From assembly GCA_037447605.1 (NCBI GenBank), contig CM074808.1, positions 930,001 to 994,000 of the forward strand: a stretch of 64,000 bases of DNA, in the 5' to 3' direction. The notes beneath the pieces are model-generated. The model worked only from the letters and a program-made list of their open reading frames with translations, ran no database searches and was not told the DNA's origin. The stretch comes from Zygnema circumcarinatum SAG 698-1b. Taxonomy: Eukaryota > Plantae > Zygnematophyceae. The number at the start of each line of letters is the position of its first letter. Positions within the stretch are counted from its first letter, which is position 1. Below are positions 63,689-64,000 of this stretch, one piece after another. The translations under genes were made by a program, and so were the position numbers.

Positions 63689-64000
63689 GACCGACCACTC
63701 CTTCCCGCCCTCAAGCGCAAACAGCTATGGCTGCTTCCCTCTGCGGCCACTTCCGGCCACCCCCCCCCCTTTACGAGGCGCCCAAAGAACCTCTCCATGG
63801 AAGAGGCCCAGGCTATATGCTGTCCTGCAGGCTGCAAGAACTCACTGACAGCCGTCGATCTGTGATCGATCGGACGGCAGACGATGGACGTTTGAGGAGC
63901 TTGCTGCGCTTGACGCGTGGGAGGAGTGCAGGAGCCATTTGGACGGTTTGAATAGTGACGTGTCTGGGCTGTGAGGCAAATCGGGTGACGTGGCAATCTG

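Overview
Eukaryotic nuclear DNA from a streptophyte. It is probably a charophyte alga or early-diverging plant; this is inferred from gene content only. The scaffold has several 10-N gaps, and error-rich stretches in the repeats. Eight host genes can be built from GT-AG splice sites and family motifs: a HOL-type thiol/halide methyltransferase, an OTU7/OTUD3-like deubiquitinase with SEC-C motif, a ZNF511-like C2H2 protein, a small Sel1-repeat protein, a COBL7-type COBRA-like GPI protein, a SMIM8-like protein, ABP1 and serine decarboxylase. They sit between dense nests of transposons: Ty1/copia and Ty3/gypsy elements, a CRE-like (RLE) LINE, hAT remnants and at least five MITE families whose TIRs and target-site duplications (TSDs) can be read directly. 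Most notable: (1) a 455-bp TRIM whose LTRs carry a tRNA-like Pol III A/B-box module; (2) one Tc1/mariner-type MITE family that repeatedly hosts other elements, with empty sites visible in the same window; (3) an ABP1 ending in REDL, encoded by an extra last exon and starting 300 bp after a SMIM8-like ORF (possible bicistron); (4) all-context C-to-T/G-to-A erosion of older TEs; (5) a frame-preserving 52 x 19-bp expansion inside a hAT transposase. Gene models and family names come from reading the sequence and remembered motifs, not from database searches.
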